A stretch of DNA of 50,314 nucleotides from Octopus bimaculoides (lineage: Eukaryota): the NCBI RefSeq assembly GCF_001194135.2, contig NC_068996.1:37477641-37527954 (forward strand). The letters run 5' to 3'. Each line of letters starts with the position of its first letter. Within the stretch, counting starts at the first letter, position 1. Shown piece by piece: positions 1 through 12,449 of the stretch. A program made the translations under genes and the position numbers. The notes under the pieces were generated by a model that did not search any database, had not been told where the DNA came from, and worked only from the letters and a program-made list of their open reading frames with translations.

Positions 1-42
<42 letters not shown>

Positions 43-81
43 GTGTAATTATATATGTTTGTATATGTATGTGTGTGTGTG

Positions 82-343
82 TCTAGACGTAGGTGCAAGA
101 ACGTGTCTGTTACTCTCTCCTTGACATCGCATGATAGTTGTATGCAAATCTCACCATCACGCAAGTAGTGTCCTTCGTTTCAAGTCTTCTATGAATATTT
201 GTCTGGCTCTCGGAAATATTACCTTACTCGGAAACAGGTGAGAGTTGTCAACAGGAAGGGCATCTGACCCTAGAAAATTTACCCTAACAAATCTCATCTG
301 GGCCATGCGAGTATGCAAAAGCGGACGCTAAAACGATGATGAT
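82..343 (+). mobile_element. 3' half of a SINE ending in an RTE-type tail
   Basis: Ends ...GCGGACGCTAAAACGATGATGAT, the tail shared with the RTE copies; body resembles 12040-12215. Confidence 0.6.
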
Positions 344-727
344 ATATAGATAGATCTACATGGGTATATAATGTAAAGCATACGTATGTATGTGTGTGAG
401 TAGGCACACGTTTAGCAACACGCATCAATAACATNNNNNNNNNNGTTCATCAGGTTCCAAGCCAATTCTTACTGGAGTTTCAGCTCTCTTGAAACGGTTG
501 TAGGAACACATCTTACTCAGATATCTCAGTTTCAGTATGGTTTCTACTGCTGAGTATCCTTCTCAACACCATCCTTTCCACAAAGTGAGCTGGCTTCATT
601 TTTTATTGCACCAGCACCAGAAAGACTATTATGCCCTTGGCAAGACCAAAACAGTTCTTTCAATCTCACTACTTGATTTTACATTATTTACAATTGACGG
701 ATATTTGTCCTCATCTTGTTTGTTGTT

Positions 728-757
728 AACACAACGTTTCAGCCTTCTTCAGGTGTC
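728..757 (-). ncRNA. Minimal type I hammerhead ribozyme motif with collapsed stem II
   Basis: Minus strand GACAC-CTGAAGA-AGGCT-GAAAC-GTT-GTGTT: stem I GACAC/GTGTT, all core nucleotides present, palindromic AACGTT stem III, only 5 nt left for stem II. Confidence 0.6.
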
Positions 758-804
758 TTGGGGAAATTTCGAACCTGGGTTCTCATTCCTAAGGTATCTT
801 TCGA

Positions 805-806
<2 letters not shown>

Positions 807-868
<62 letters not shown>
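807..868. repeat. (TTA)n microsatellite
   Basis: Direct reading; source of the poly-Leu in ORF 537..992. Confidence 0.95.
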
Positions 869-872
<4 letters not shown>

Positions 873-1121
873 TCACTGCCTGGAATTGAACTTGGAATCT
901 TGGGGTTAGTAGCCCACGCTCTTAACCACTATGCCATATGCCCGTATATAGAACTACTTGATTTATCAACTACTTTGCAGAATGTTAACTAGCTGCATTT
1001 TCATGGCACCAGCAATTGTGGGGTCACTTTGTAACTTATCACACCACATAGTTCTCTCACAACTGAGGGGGATAGTTGGTGAGAGATTGGTGATAGATAG
1101 ATAGATAGATAGATAGATAAA

Positions 1122-1354
1122 GTCATAAATGACAGAGAAAGAGTTTGATGAAATTTTATTTAATAATAGGAAAATTCTAATATCACGGCAAATTGTTTCA
1201 TAACTTAAAAGCATGTAAATAATTTAAATTATTATCAAATATAATAATATAAATTATTTAAATGCTTTTAAGTTATGAAACAATTTGTCGTGATATTAGA
1301 ATTTTCTTATTGTTAAATAAAATTTCATCAAAGCATTTCTCTGTCATTTATGAC
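1122..1354. repeat. Long AT-rich inverted repeat (105-bp arms)
   Basis: 1122-1226 is the reverse complement of 1250-1354 with about 7 mismatches; the right arm runs into the N gap. Confidence 0.9.
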
Positions 1355-3279
1355 NNNNNNNNNNNNNNNNNNNNNNNNNNNNNNNNNNNNNNNNNNNNNN
1401 NNNNNNNNNNNNNNNNNNNNNNNNNNNNNNNNNNNNNNNNNNNNNNNNNNNNNNNNNNNNNNNNNNNNNNNNNNNNNNNNNNNNNNNNNNNNNNNNNNNN
1501 NNNNNNNNNNNNNNNNNNNNNNNNNNNNNNNNNNNNNNNNNNNNNNNNNNNNNNNNNNNNNNNNNNNNNNNNNNNNNNNNNNNNNNNNNNNNNNNNNNNN
1601 NNNNNNNNNNNNNNNNNNNNNNNNNNNNNNNNNNNNNNNNNNNNNNNNNNNNNNNNNNNNNNNNNNNNNNNNNNNNNNNNNNNNNNNNNNNNNNNNNNNN
1701 NNNNNNNNNNNNNNNNNNNNNNNNNNNNNNNNNNNNNNNNNNNNNNNNNNNNNNNNNNNNNNNNNNNNNNNNNNNNNNNNNNNNNNNNNNNNNNNNNNNN
1801 NNNNNNNNNNNNNNNNNNNNNNNNNNNNNNNNNNNNNNNNNNNNNNNNNNNNNNNNNNNNNNNNNNNNNNNNNNNNNNNNNNNNNNNNNNNTATGTTTAC
1901 ACACACACACTTATTATATAGCGTATATTGATATATCTAAATAAATGTATATATGTGTGGCAGTCCGTATGTGTACGTAAACACAGTCATTGAAACACAT
2001 AATCTTTGTATGTATGCTATTACTAATCTGGGGATGAGCCAACGTTTACTTCCTAAGTCGACCTAGTAAAAATAACAATCAAAATTTATTAAATCACACA
2101 ACAAACAATATTTATAAAAACAAAACGGAAAAAAAACAATATAGATAATGGACAAAGTCCACCGTAAGAACAATAAAGATGGGATGGTCACTGCTGGAAT
2201 GTCTGTGATCATACGTATCTGGATTGCTCAATTACAATTGACCTCGGGCTGAACAGCAACTAATCTGGTCAGCCAGTCTGTATGGTGTAATTATAATTAC
2301 AAGATATAAATATTCATGACACTCATTGTCATATGACTTTGGGACTACTTTAGTTTTTCAGTTGTTGTTAGAAACATTCAATGACGTACTATTTCTTCTC
2401 GTCCTCTCCCTCGTTCTCATTCCCTCCCTTGTTCTCTCTTTACCTTAACTCTCTCTCTCTCTCTCTTTGTAAGTCTGTCTTTCTGTCTGCCTCCCTCTCT
2501 CTTACTATGTTGCATTTATCTTGCTTGAACTCATTGAAATAAAACACCCTCCCATCTATCTATCTATCTATCTATCTATCCACATATGTATGTTCATACG
2601 TATGTAAATATTTATGAAATAAATAAACACACATATGCGTGCGAATATATTAAATATATAAAATGTGTGAGCTATTTGCATTATATAATTAAACTGCTGA
2701 TATATACATATATATTTATATATATGTGTGTGTGTATGTGTGAGTGTGTCTGTGTGCGCGCGCGCGTAATGTATGTATAATTATATGTATGCGTGTGTGT
2801 ATGTGTGAGTGTGTGTGCGCGTAAAATGTAAATAAAAACACGAAAGTAGATATTAATAATTAAACTAGATGAATATGGTCTAACATTGAAATTAAAAGAA
2901 ACAAGCATAAACCCTAAAACAAATCGACAAGAACTACAAAAACAATAATATCAACATTCATAATACAGTGCTTTACCGAGACTATATTGCTCATAATTAT
3001 TAACATACATTATATCATTATTTGATTTTGTTGTTATTATCATATATTATTTTATTATCATATTTTATTGCTATCGATATATACTATTATATATATTATA
3101 TTATTATATTTATTGTAATTATTGTATTAAATTTTGTTTTTACCATGTAGTGTATTATTATTATTATTATTATTATTACTATTATGATTATTATTGTATT
3201 TTGTTAATGTTACTATATATTATGTATTTATTATTATATATCATATTCTTTTTATATTGTTGTTGATGCAGAAAAAGAA

Positions 3280-3452
3280 AAGCAAGGGGCGGTAGAGGCG
3301 GTGAAGGGGACAGAGTGCAGGCGTTCTTTGTTTTGGCGTATGAATACAATGTTTACAGCCTCTTGATAACAGGAGCGAATAGAGCGAAGAAGCTTCATTA
3401 TTGGATAGCCATCTTGTTGATAGTCTGTCGTGTTTTCTAGTGAATGTCTTAA
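3280..3452 (+). promoter_or_regulatory. Probable GABARAP proximal promoter / 5' leader
   Basis: GC-richer than the AT-rich 2940-3260 flank; GGGGCGG 3286-3292, TGTTTAC 3350-3356, inverted CCAAT 3400-3404, GCCATCTT 3408-3415; TSS not determinable. Confidence 0.5.
3444..3452 (+). promoter_or_regulatory. Two-codon uORF (Met-Ser-stop) abutting the GABARAP start codon
   Basis: ATG TCT TAA at 3444-3452, then the main ATG at 3453 in the same frame. Confidence 0.6.
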
Positions 3453-3686
<234 letters not shown>

Positions 3687-4279
3687 TAAACCGTGGATAT
3701 CTTGTATTATTAGGTTTTTTTCCTTACGTGTATAATGCCTAATTACATTATTTGACGTAATTAGTTAATTACTTAACGTGTTATATTATTTGATTTGTCC
3801 TTCCTGTCTCTTTTTTATAAAGTCATTGTATTATGAGTGTGACTTGGCTATTATTTTTAACAACTGGAGTGATCGCCTAGAGGCAGGCTTCCTGGTATCG
3901 TCAATGACTCTTAAATATTTTAAAGCATTTATATAATAACCAAGATGGAAGGAAGACAAAACGGCCTTCTAATTTATTTATAAATTAACTTTAATATATA
4001 TAAATATATCTTCTTCCTCTCATGCTATTGTAATGGCTGGTTTTGTGGGAAAATACACTCAGGCAGGATTTCTACATTTTTTTTTTGTGTTAAAAATATT
4101 TTTTAAAAAAGCATTTTTCATTTTAAAATGTCCACTAATTGAAATATTATTAACACAACGACAGTAAAGCTAAGATTTGGGTTAGTTTGTCCAGTTTCAA
4201 TGGATACACACACACACACATATGTATGTGTGTGTGTATCATTTGGCTGTAACGTTTAATTAATAATACAATTTTTTTT

Positions 4280-4324
<45 letters not shown>

Positions 4325-4860
4325 CACTTATCTATGACATAATTAAATTAGAAGTATGCGTATGTGTGTAAATGCATGTATGTATATTTATACATATAGT
4401 TATATGTATAGGTATATAATCACATACCTGCATATTTAGTTTGGCAATTTATTTAATCAAAGCTTTCAGTCGACTCCAGCTTTGATTGGGGAAATGGGTA
4501 GAACGAAAACAGAAAAAATGGTGGCAGAGAGTCGAGAATGGACTGTAAGCTCTTCATTCAAATGTCCAGCTCTGATTTTACATCTTGTGTAAATTCTGTC
4601 TCCGGAATACTCAGCTACTTGTCTACCTATATCTACCTATGCTTATGCGACAAAGCCGAGTACTTAAAGATATTCACTTTGCTATCACGGGATTCCTGGT
4701 TCGGTCTCACTGTAGCATCTTGGGGAAATGTCATTTTATTTTATTTTTAATTTACCCTCAGGTCGACCCAAGACCTCGTATATGAAACTAAGTTGGTGAA
4801 AACTTGGTGGTAGTCAATCGGTTGAGCCAGGATTGGTGCGAGGTGTGTACGGAATACTCA

Positions 4861-4920
4861 GTTTACAACGAGCTGATGATTCATTTCATTGAATAAATGA
4901 TATGATACTCGTCGTGGAAA
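4861..4920 (+). ncRNA. Degenerate type I hammerhead ribozyme motif in GABARAP intron 1
   Basis: Stem I ACGAG/CTCGT (extendable to about 11 bp), CTGATGA 4873-4879, stem II TTCA/TGAA, TAAA in place of GAAA, near-palindromic ATGATATGAT stem III, AUA triplet. Confidence 0.5.
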
Positions 4921-7101
4921 ATGACATTACATTGCTTTTTTGTTTCCATAATAAGCTAATATATTTTAAATCCGATATGGGGGAGTCAGTTCAGGTAGTT
5001 AAACCAAAAAGGTGTCGTCTCTACCTGTGTGTTACAGGGATCTGATAATCCTTTGGATAATTTTTATTGTTGCCTGGAAGATCGTATGAATTGAAAAACC
5101 TCTGAGTGATGACTGAGTGAATCGGCAGCTTTGTGTGTGTGTGTGTGAAAATACACACTCACAACAAACATATCTGTTGTTTTAAATCGTCTTTCATTTA
5201 TTTTACTTTTCCTGATTAAGAATCTTTTGACAAATGAAATAATTTTGGAGGAGCTTTATGCTTCCAGTTATTCAAATTGTCTATCAATCAATTCCTACTA
5301 CTGTTTAGACATCAATCTAATGCGTGATATACATATACATACATACATACATATATATTTATGTCTGTGTGTATACACACATGTGTGTGTACACACACAC
5401 ATATACATGAATATGTTAGTTCATTCTGTCATTACTCCGAGTTTTTAGCTTTTGTGCATTATATCTTCTAACATAGTTTATATTCTTTCATTCGATATAG
5501 ATGATTCTCTCAAGTGGTTGGTATTAAAAATGGTGAAATTGATTTCATTTTTTCCAAAGGATACCACTAGACGCTATCATTGCGCGCGCTATTAGAAATT
5601 TTATGATGTGTCTGTAAACTCTCACATACTTAGAGATATTTTATGTACAAAAAAAATTATAAAATGGCATTAATTTGGGGAAGAGATGCTGCGTAATAAT
5701 TTCTATCAGCAGGCAAACTTGTTTATTATATTATCTATCACTCGTGTCCTTTAAACAGAATGTAGAAAATAATAATAATAAATAAGGCCAAGGTTAAAGT
5801 GTTTTCGTCTGAAATTGTAATTAACATCTATTTGAAACTGCTTTGATTTTCCCCAGAAACAGATTTGATTTCTAAGTAGATTAAAATGTCTGCATTATAT
5901 TACTTAGATTGCTAGTTTTCTTGTATATGAGTGTTTTTTTCTTTTTCTTTTAAATCTCTCCCACCCTCTCTCTCATCCGTCTGTCTCTTTCTTTCTCTCA
6001 TATTGACAATCTGTCTATTGCAACTGTACTTAACTACGCACACACCTAAGTAAATTTCTGGTCTCTATAACTATCACCATTTGAACTCGTCAGTGTTAAT
6101 AAATATGTTTATCATTGATTTTATATAACCATACCCTATTTTTTAAAAATATTAATCACGGTCTTCCTTGTTGAGCAAATAAATTACATGACAGGTTCCC
6201 CCCCCCCTTTTTTTTCATTTTGTTAAAAAAGGAAATTATATACATTAATGTTTCTTTTATTTGTAGAACAAGTGTAAATTAATTTAATTTAAAATATAAT
6301 TGAGTTGTGGTGTTTTACCTCAATATGTAACCACGTAAGAAAATTAGAGAAAGGAAAAAAAAGCGATGGACTTCTTTGTTCCTCGCAATTATGATTAATA
6401 TAGCGTTTTTTCTTTTTTTTTAACCTATAGTGTTTTTTTTTTATTTTAGCCAAGGTGGGTTTGGTACTGCTCAGTCTCTGACCATTTTATTTTATGGCCA
6501 GTTTTCTTTTAAATAATAAACACATCCTAGAATTACGACATAAGGAAGTGGCTTTTGTTTTGTTAACAATAACAACGTTAATTCTAAATTACTTGTTGGA
6601 ATAATTCCCTTCAGTAAATTTGTCTTTAGATTTATTTATTTATTTTATTATTATTCTCATCCAATTCCTAGTTTATGACCGAATTTGAATTATTTACTTC
6701 GTTCATTCGACCCGAGTAGCCAAGATTTATGAATCTGTTTATTCTAAGATATGACGAAATACTCCCCCTCTCTCTCATTCACTCTCTCCCTCCTCACTCT
6801 CTTTTACCTCACACTTCTCGCCTCCTCCTCTTTCATGATTCTTCTGTCATTCTAGTTTTATAAAAATACATAATTCTAGATGTTTTTATTCTATCAGTGA
6901 AACTAAACCGTGCTATTTTATTGATTGCATTTTTGGAAGTGTGTCACCTCATAGGTTTTATTATTATTATTATTATACATCAATTTACGTGGCTCATTTA
7001 CTGCTGCCAGTTTTTATAAGATTAATTTATTCATTATAAAATCTCATGGCATCAGTCTGTTGCTACTCCATTTAATAATTGTTGAATTATATTTGTATAT
7101 A

Positions 7102-7305
7102 TCTTGTTTCATTCGTTAGAGTGCGGTCATGCTTGGGCACTGTCGCGTAGAATTTAGTCGAACAAATCGACCCCAGTACTTACTATTTAAGCCTGGCATT
7201 TATTCTGTCAGTCCCTTTTGTCGAATTGCTGAATTACAAGGATGTAAACAAACCAGCACTTATCAAGCTATAGTGGGAGAGGGGTTTACTGGCAACCCCC
7301 CCACG

Positions 7306-7340
<35 letters not shown>

Positions 7341-7488
7341 GACGGGCTTGGTTCAATTTCGTGTGCCAAATCTACTCTAGGCTTTAACTCTGGGCTATAG
7401 ACGACGCTTACCTAAGGTGCCATGTAGTGGGTCTGAACCTGAAACCACATGATTAGGAAGCAAGTATCTTATCAACACAGCCATGCCT
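7102..7488 (-). mobile_element. SINE-A (tRNA head, central microsatellite), intronic
   Basis: Reverse complement of the 13955-14336 and 17973-18433 family. Confidence 0.8.
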
Positions 7489-7923
7489 CTCTGTGTGTGA
7501 ATGAATGATAAGAACCTCTGACATACATACCAAACAATATCTGCTTCCTAGATAATTTATTTTCGGCAAACGATTGTTAAATTTCTTATCAAGTTTGTTT
7601 TCATGTCATTAAAGCTGATGACTGACAACCTTGCACATATTTTGGTTTTGTCAGATGGAAAGGAAAAATATATTTTTTCATCTGGAAGAATTAACTGATT
7701 ATTTCCAGGAATCAGGAATTTAGCGCAACCTAATCAAAATATACATCTTAGTGATATTGCTAATGATAAAAAATTTTATGTAAATATTTTCGACTTCTCT
7801 AGCAATTATCTAATTTCATAGTGTAACATTGAAGGTAAGTGGAGTGGTAGAAAAGTCTTGATGTTCATATTTTTGGTTTAATCCTTCTACGTCGCGAGTT
7901 CAAATTATGCTTGATATAGTTGA

Positions 7924-8232
<309 letters not shown>

Positions 8233-8582
8233 TGATTTCCTTTTTTTTTTTTTTTTTTTTTTTNNNNNNNNNNTTTTTTTTTTTTTTTGTTTTTTTTCTC
8301 TTAATAAATTCCTCAAATAATTTTCTTTTTATAATTATATCTGTAAACGTTTTAGTGCCTGAAATGTGGGAGTGATAAGTTAAACACATTTCGATGTTTT
8401 CTAAATGGTTATAATTTTTTAAGGAAAAATTTGAATTCTTTTTAAGCCAATTTGGAATATTTCGTGAAATAAGACATTGCGTTATGAATGTATACATTTT
8501 GCGATTTAATTTAAGGTTTTGACTATTAATGTTTTTTTTTTCCTTTTCTTTTTAACATTTGCTTCTGTTTTAATTTTCACAG

Positions 8583-8648
8583 GAACACCATGAAGAAGAT
8601 TTTTTCCTATATATTGCCTATAGCGATGAGAGTGTCTATGGACAGTAA
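8583..8648 (+). CDS. GABARAP: GABARAP coding exon 3, aa 97-117 EHHEEDFFLYIAYSDESVYGQ*
   Basis: Polypyrimidine tract plus CACAG acceptor ending 8582; Gly116 lipidation site followed by one residue, then TAA 8646-8648; total 117 aa. Confidence 0.98.
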   Translation, partial: EHHEEDFFLYIAYSDESVYGQ

Positions 8649-8816
8649 TTTGAAAACTTTTTTTTTAATATTCAATGTTGTTTCTTATTTATATTATCTA
8701 CATTTTGTGAGTTGTTGGTTGCTTGAATCGCAGCTGATATGTAAATATAAAGCTACATGTGATAGTAACTCAACTATCACACTCAATCATTATCAGTGTA
8801 AGTGGAATCTGTTATG

Positions 8817-8822
8817 AATAAA
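8817..8822 (+). terminator. Candidate GABARAP poly(A) signal (proximal)
   Basis: AATAAA about 170 nt after the stop codon. Confidence 0.45.
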
Positions 8823-9008
8823 CTACAACTGACAACTCCATCATTGGTTGCTCCTTTTATCACTAACATTGCAGTTCTATGAAATAATGCTTGCTTTTTG
8901 CTTTATCATTAAGGAATTCTTCTTGCAAGAAATAGTTAAAAGCTTTTTATCTACTTTAAAACGGAAACAAACAAACACCCACTGAATGTTAGCTTGTTAC
9001 TACATTGC

Positions 9009-9014
9009 AATAAA
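9009..9014 (+). terminator. Candidate GABARAP poly(A) signal (distal)
   Basis: AATAAA followed by a GT/T-rich stretch at about 9026-9066; ATTAAA also at 9076. Confidence 0.45.
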
Positions 9015-9301
9015 TGGATATTAAGATGGTTTTGTCATGTGCTGAGTTTCTTTTCACCGTTTCTCTTATCATACTATTAAAAAAAAAAAAACGGAATGCA
9101 GTTTGAGCAAAGACAAATTGTTTTTAGCAATGTATTTGTTTCTATTTTATAAATATCTTACTTCATTATCGTCATCTTCAAAAAAAAAAGAAGAGGGGTT
9201 CTGTATTAGAACTGTTGAAATGAGATGTTTGGAACCACTGAGGAGGTTTTTTTATTCATTTTTTTCTTATGATAGGGCTTGTAGAGAAGCCTGGCCAAAA
9301 T

Positions 9302-9526
9302 TTAACCCTTTAGCATATAAACCAATCATATCTGGCCCAAATAGTCTATCTACCTTTTTTATGTTTAGACTGACCAAATGTGGCCTCCCACATCTACTCT
9401 GCAATGTTGTTAAAATAAAGTTATCATCAATATCTCAAAGCTACAAGCTAATAATGTTATTAATTCAAAACAGTGCAAAATAAGCACTACATTTGGACCG
9501 GATAATCTGAATGCTAAAGGATTTAA
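9302..9526. mobile_element. piggyBac-like MITE (MITE-H)
   Basis: TTAACCCTTTAGCAT...ATGCTAAAGGATTTAA termini; inverted relative to the other copies. Confidence 0.75.
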
Positions 9527-11458
9527 GTAACAGCAGTCGTAATTAGAAAACCCTAACAACTTCAGTAAAGTGGTTTTACTCCACTTAGTAGGAACAGTGG
9601 AAATAATGGGTGCAGAAATACTAACAGATGTGTAAACTGATAAGTAGTAGCCAGACATTTGGTACACCTGCACCTGGATATACCATATTGGCGTGGTTAA
9701 CAATATGTGCTACATCAAAGTGGCTTTGCAGTTAGTAATGTTATGTCTGTAAGATGGCAGTAGGAAGTTTAGAGAACTTTTATCTCTGTTGATAGCAGTT
9801 TTCTAGCAAAAGTATGATGCTATGCAGCAGCATGTTATTGGTATTCTGTAGAGAATTTAGTGTTTATTTTACATGACTATTGGTGAAACAACAGTTGTTA
9901 ATGGTTTTAGTTTTCTGATGACCAATCACCTATTCTCCATATTTGTAATGGTGAGAGGGATCAGGTAGTATTTTTATCTCAAGTTGAACAAGTATTTATT
10001 GCAATAGAATTTCTATCCCAGAACACTTTTTCAATTTTGCTAGTTATACATCAACAAAACTATACATGCATACATATGTTTAGAAAGGGCTTCTTCAGTT
10101 TCCTTCTGCTAAATTTCACTCTGCTAAATTTCAGTAGAAAGCCCTTGTCCTAGCTGGCCTCCAGTAAGATCAAGTACAGGACCACATGGTTGCAGCATGA
10201 ACTTAATCACACGACCATGTCTGCACTATATAACCGATACAAAACACAGCACTAGAAATATTGGTTATGTACTGGGCATTTAATGTGAACAGATGTTGCA
10301 CTCTGGGTGGAAAATTTATTAAAGGAATTTTTTTTTTTTTTTTTATTGATGGAAGATGCTATCTCTAGAATTAGACTTAGTATACAAGTTTTAGAGTGGA
10401 TTTCACAAATATCATGACATAGCAAGATATGGTAGTCTATATCTTGTCAAATTCCATGATAGAAAGCAGATGATGATCATAAGGTCCGCATACCTCTTAA
10501 CCAAAAAAAAAAGCATCATGTCTATTTCTCAAACTGATTTCCTTTGTAAATATATTACAATGTATAAATGACATTCCTCCTTTCCCCACAACCTTTTGTT
10601 TTATACTTTTTACCATCATTCAAAAACTTAAGCGGTTTTTCTAACACAAAGTTTTTGTAGATGTGGGATGGCAAGTATTTTGTTTTATGTTGGGTGTCTT
10701 ATTTTTTAAACTTCTGAATATAGAACTGTTACTAATTAATTTCATTAACAACAGCGTTTAACAATCTGTTACAGACAGCTTTGGAATTTATGAGCCAAAA
10801 ATGAACAATCGGTGGAGATTAGATTTACATCATCAATTAGCTTTAAATGATGTAGTGTCTAATTTGGTGACCTAGCATTATTATTGCTAGTCATTATAAT
10901 GGAGAGTACCAAAGATGATACCTTGGAAGTTTACAAATTCCACTACAGTTTGATTTTACTGTTTTAAACTGATATAAATAATATATTGTGTTGAATTTTT
11001 ATTGTCAGTTTAATTGAACACTTACCAGTTTAACCTATGACAAATAATAAATACACTTCAGTGAATGTCATTAGTTATTAACATCCTGTCAGGATGTCTG
11101 CTTATCTTTCGATTTTCTGGTGTTAATAAAATATGTGCCAGTTATCATAGTAATGTGTTGTTAGTCTGTGAATTTCACTATGTCCTTGCTCTCAGGTCTG
11201 ACTATCATCCAAAACAGATATCCAATATTTTCATATTTGACTGTGGCAAAGAACACACAGTAAAATTCTTAATGAAGCAGTTCACTTGCATAGAATATCT
11301 TAGAAAGGCATGGAAGCTGATATTTATTTCACCTGCAATTAGGTGACCTGTCAAAAAAAAATTATGACAGTGTTTTAAATTTTTTATGAAGTTAACTGGT
11401 GTTTTATAGGAAATTTAATATTTTCACTGTAAGGGATAATATATACATGTGTGTGTAT

Positions 11459-11605
11459 TATCATTTAAAATACACCTTCATGCTGGCATGGGTTGGACGG
11501 TTTGACAGGACCTGGCCAGACAGAAGACTACTCTCAAGCTACTATCTCTTTTGGCAGGGTTTTTATGGCTGGATGCCCTTCCTAACACCAACCACTCTGC
11601 AGAGT
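11459..11605 (-). mobile_element. Old RTE-tail fragment
   Basis: CATGCTGGCATGGGTTGGACGG...GCTGGATGCCCTTCCTAAC motif shared with the RTE 3' end. Confidence 0.7.
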
Positions 11606-11610
11606 ATATA

Positions 11611-11847
11611 TACAGAGTTGGCCAAAAGTCACCTGACAGTAAATCAAAACCATTTAATTCCAAGATTTATTTATGTTTAACAACTGAATGAATTTAATAA
11701 AAGCATCTAAATATGAAACATCATGAAAATTGTTCAAACTGAAGTCCTTCTTGAGCGACGCATTTTTCCATTCGAGACAATACAGAATTACAGAGAGTAT
11801 TTATGGAATTTTTATTTACTGCTGGGCGACTTTTGGCCAACCTTGTG
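11611..11847. mobile_element. Tc1/mariner-type MITE
   Basis: About 30-bp TIRs (TACAGAGTTGGCCAAAAGTCACCTGACAGTA / TACTGCTGGGCGACTTTTGGCCAACCTTG), TA-type flanks; second copy at 24726-24966. Confidence 0.8.
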
Positions 11848-11882
<35 letters not shown>

Positions 11883-11883
11883 A

Positions 11884-12215
11884 GATGCATAGGCATGGCT
11901 GTGTGGTAAGAAATTTGCTTCCTGGCCACATGGTTTTGGGTCTAGTCTCATTGTGTAGCACCTTGTTCAAGTTTCTTCTACTATTGCTTGCAACTGAGCA
12001 AATCTTGTGAGTGGGTTTGATTGACAGAAACCAAAAGAAACCCATCAAGTGATAGTTGGTCTTTGTTTCGAATCTTCCATGAAAACACGTCTGACCATTG
12101 AGTAAATATTACTTCACATGGAAACAGGAGAGGGTTGGCAACTGGAAGGACATCCAACTGTAGAAAATCTGTCTCAACAAATTCCAAGCATGGAAAAGTG
12201 GACATTAACGATGAT
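11884..12215 (+). mobile_element. SINE with a SINE-A head but an RTE-type tail
   Basis: Head GCATGGCTGTGTGGTAAG...; 3' end AGCATGGAAAAGTGGACATTAACGATGAT. Confidence 0.7.
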
Positions 12216-12449
12216 ATATCGTCATACATTGGCTCTAGCTCAGATTTTGAGGGAGAATGATGTAGTGTCAGTCAATCTTTCGATTGGACCAAGGAATCTG
12301 TTTCCAAAGGTTCTTCAAATTTCTGATAGTATCTGTTGGCCCCAGCTCCTGGTGGAAGTGAGATTGTCTTTGGTGAGAAGACAGGATATCTGGAACTCAG
12401 AGCATGAAGTCCTCCCCCCTCCCAACTCAGTTCATAGTCTTTCAAGCTG

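Larger units (their letters stand above)
690..945 (-). mobile_element. tRNA-headed (Pol III) element: tRNA-like head + (AAT)n + hammerhead-like 3' module
   Basis: Minus strand has A-box TGGCATAGTGG (936-926) and B-box AGTTCAATTCC (892-882); no acceptor-stem pairing, so not a tRNA gene; (AAT)n at 868-807; hammerhead core at 757-728. Confidence 0.7.

Noticed and set aside
445-460. Minus-strand CTGATGA next to a 10-N gap
   Set aside because: The remainder is hidden by Ns and cannot be evaluated
870-945. tRNA gene with ACT anticodon
   Set aside because: No acceptor-stem pairing and a weak anticodon stem; treated as a SINE head
4519-4580. tRNA-like Pol III head driving the intronic hammerhead
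   Set aside because: A/B boxes are very degenerate and a T4 run at 4576-4579 would terminate Pol III long before the motif
7615-7690. CTGATGA followed by a CTGAC/GTCAG stem and GAAA
   Set aside because: Three extra bases before GAAA and no stem I; likely chance
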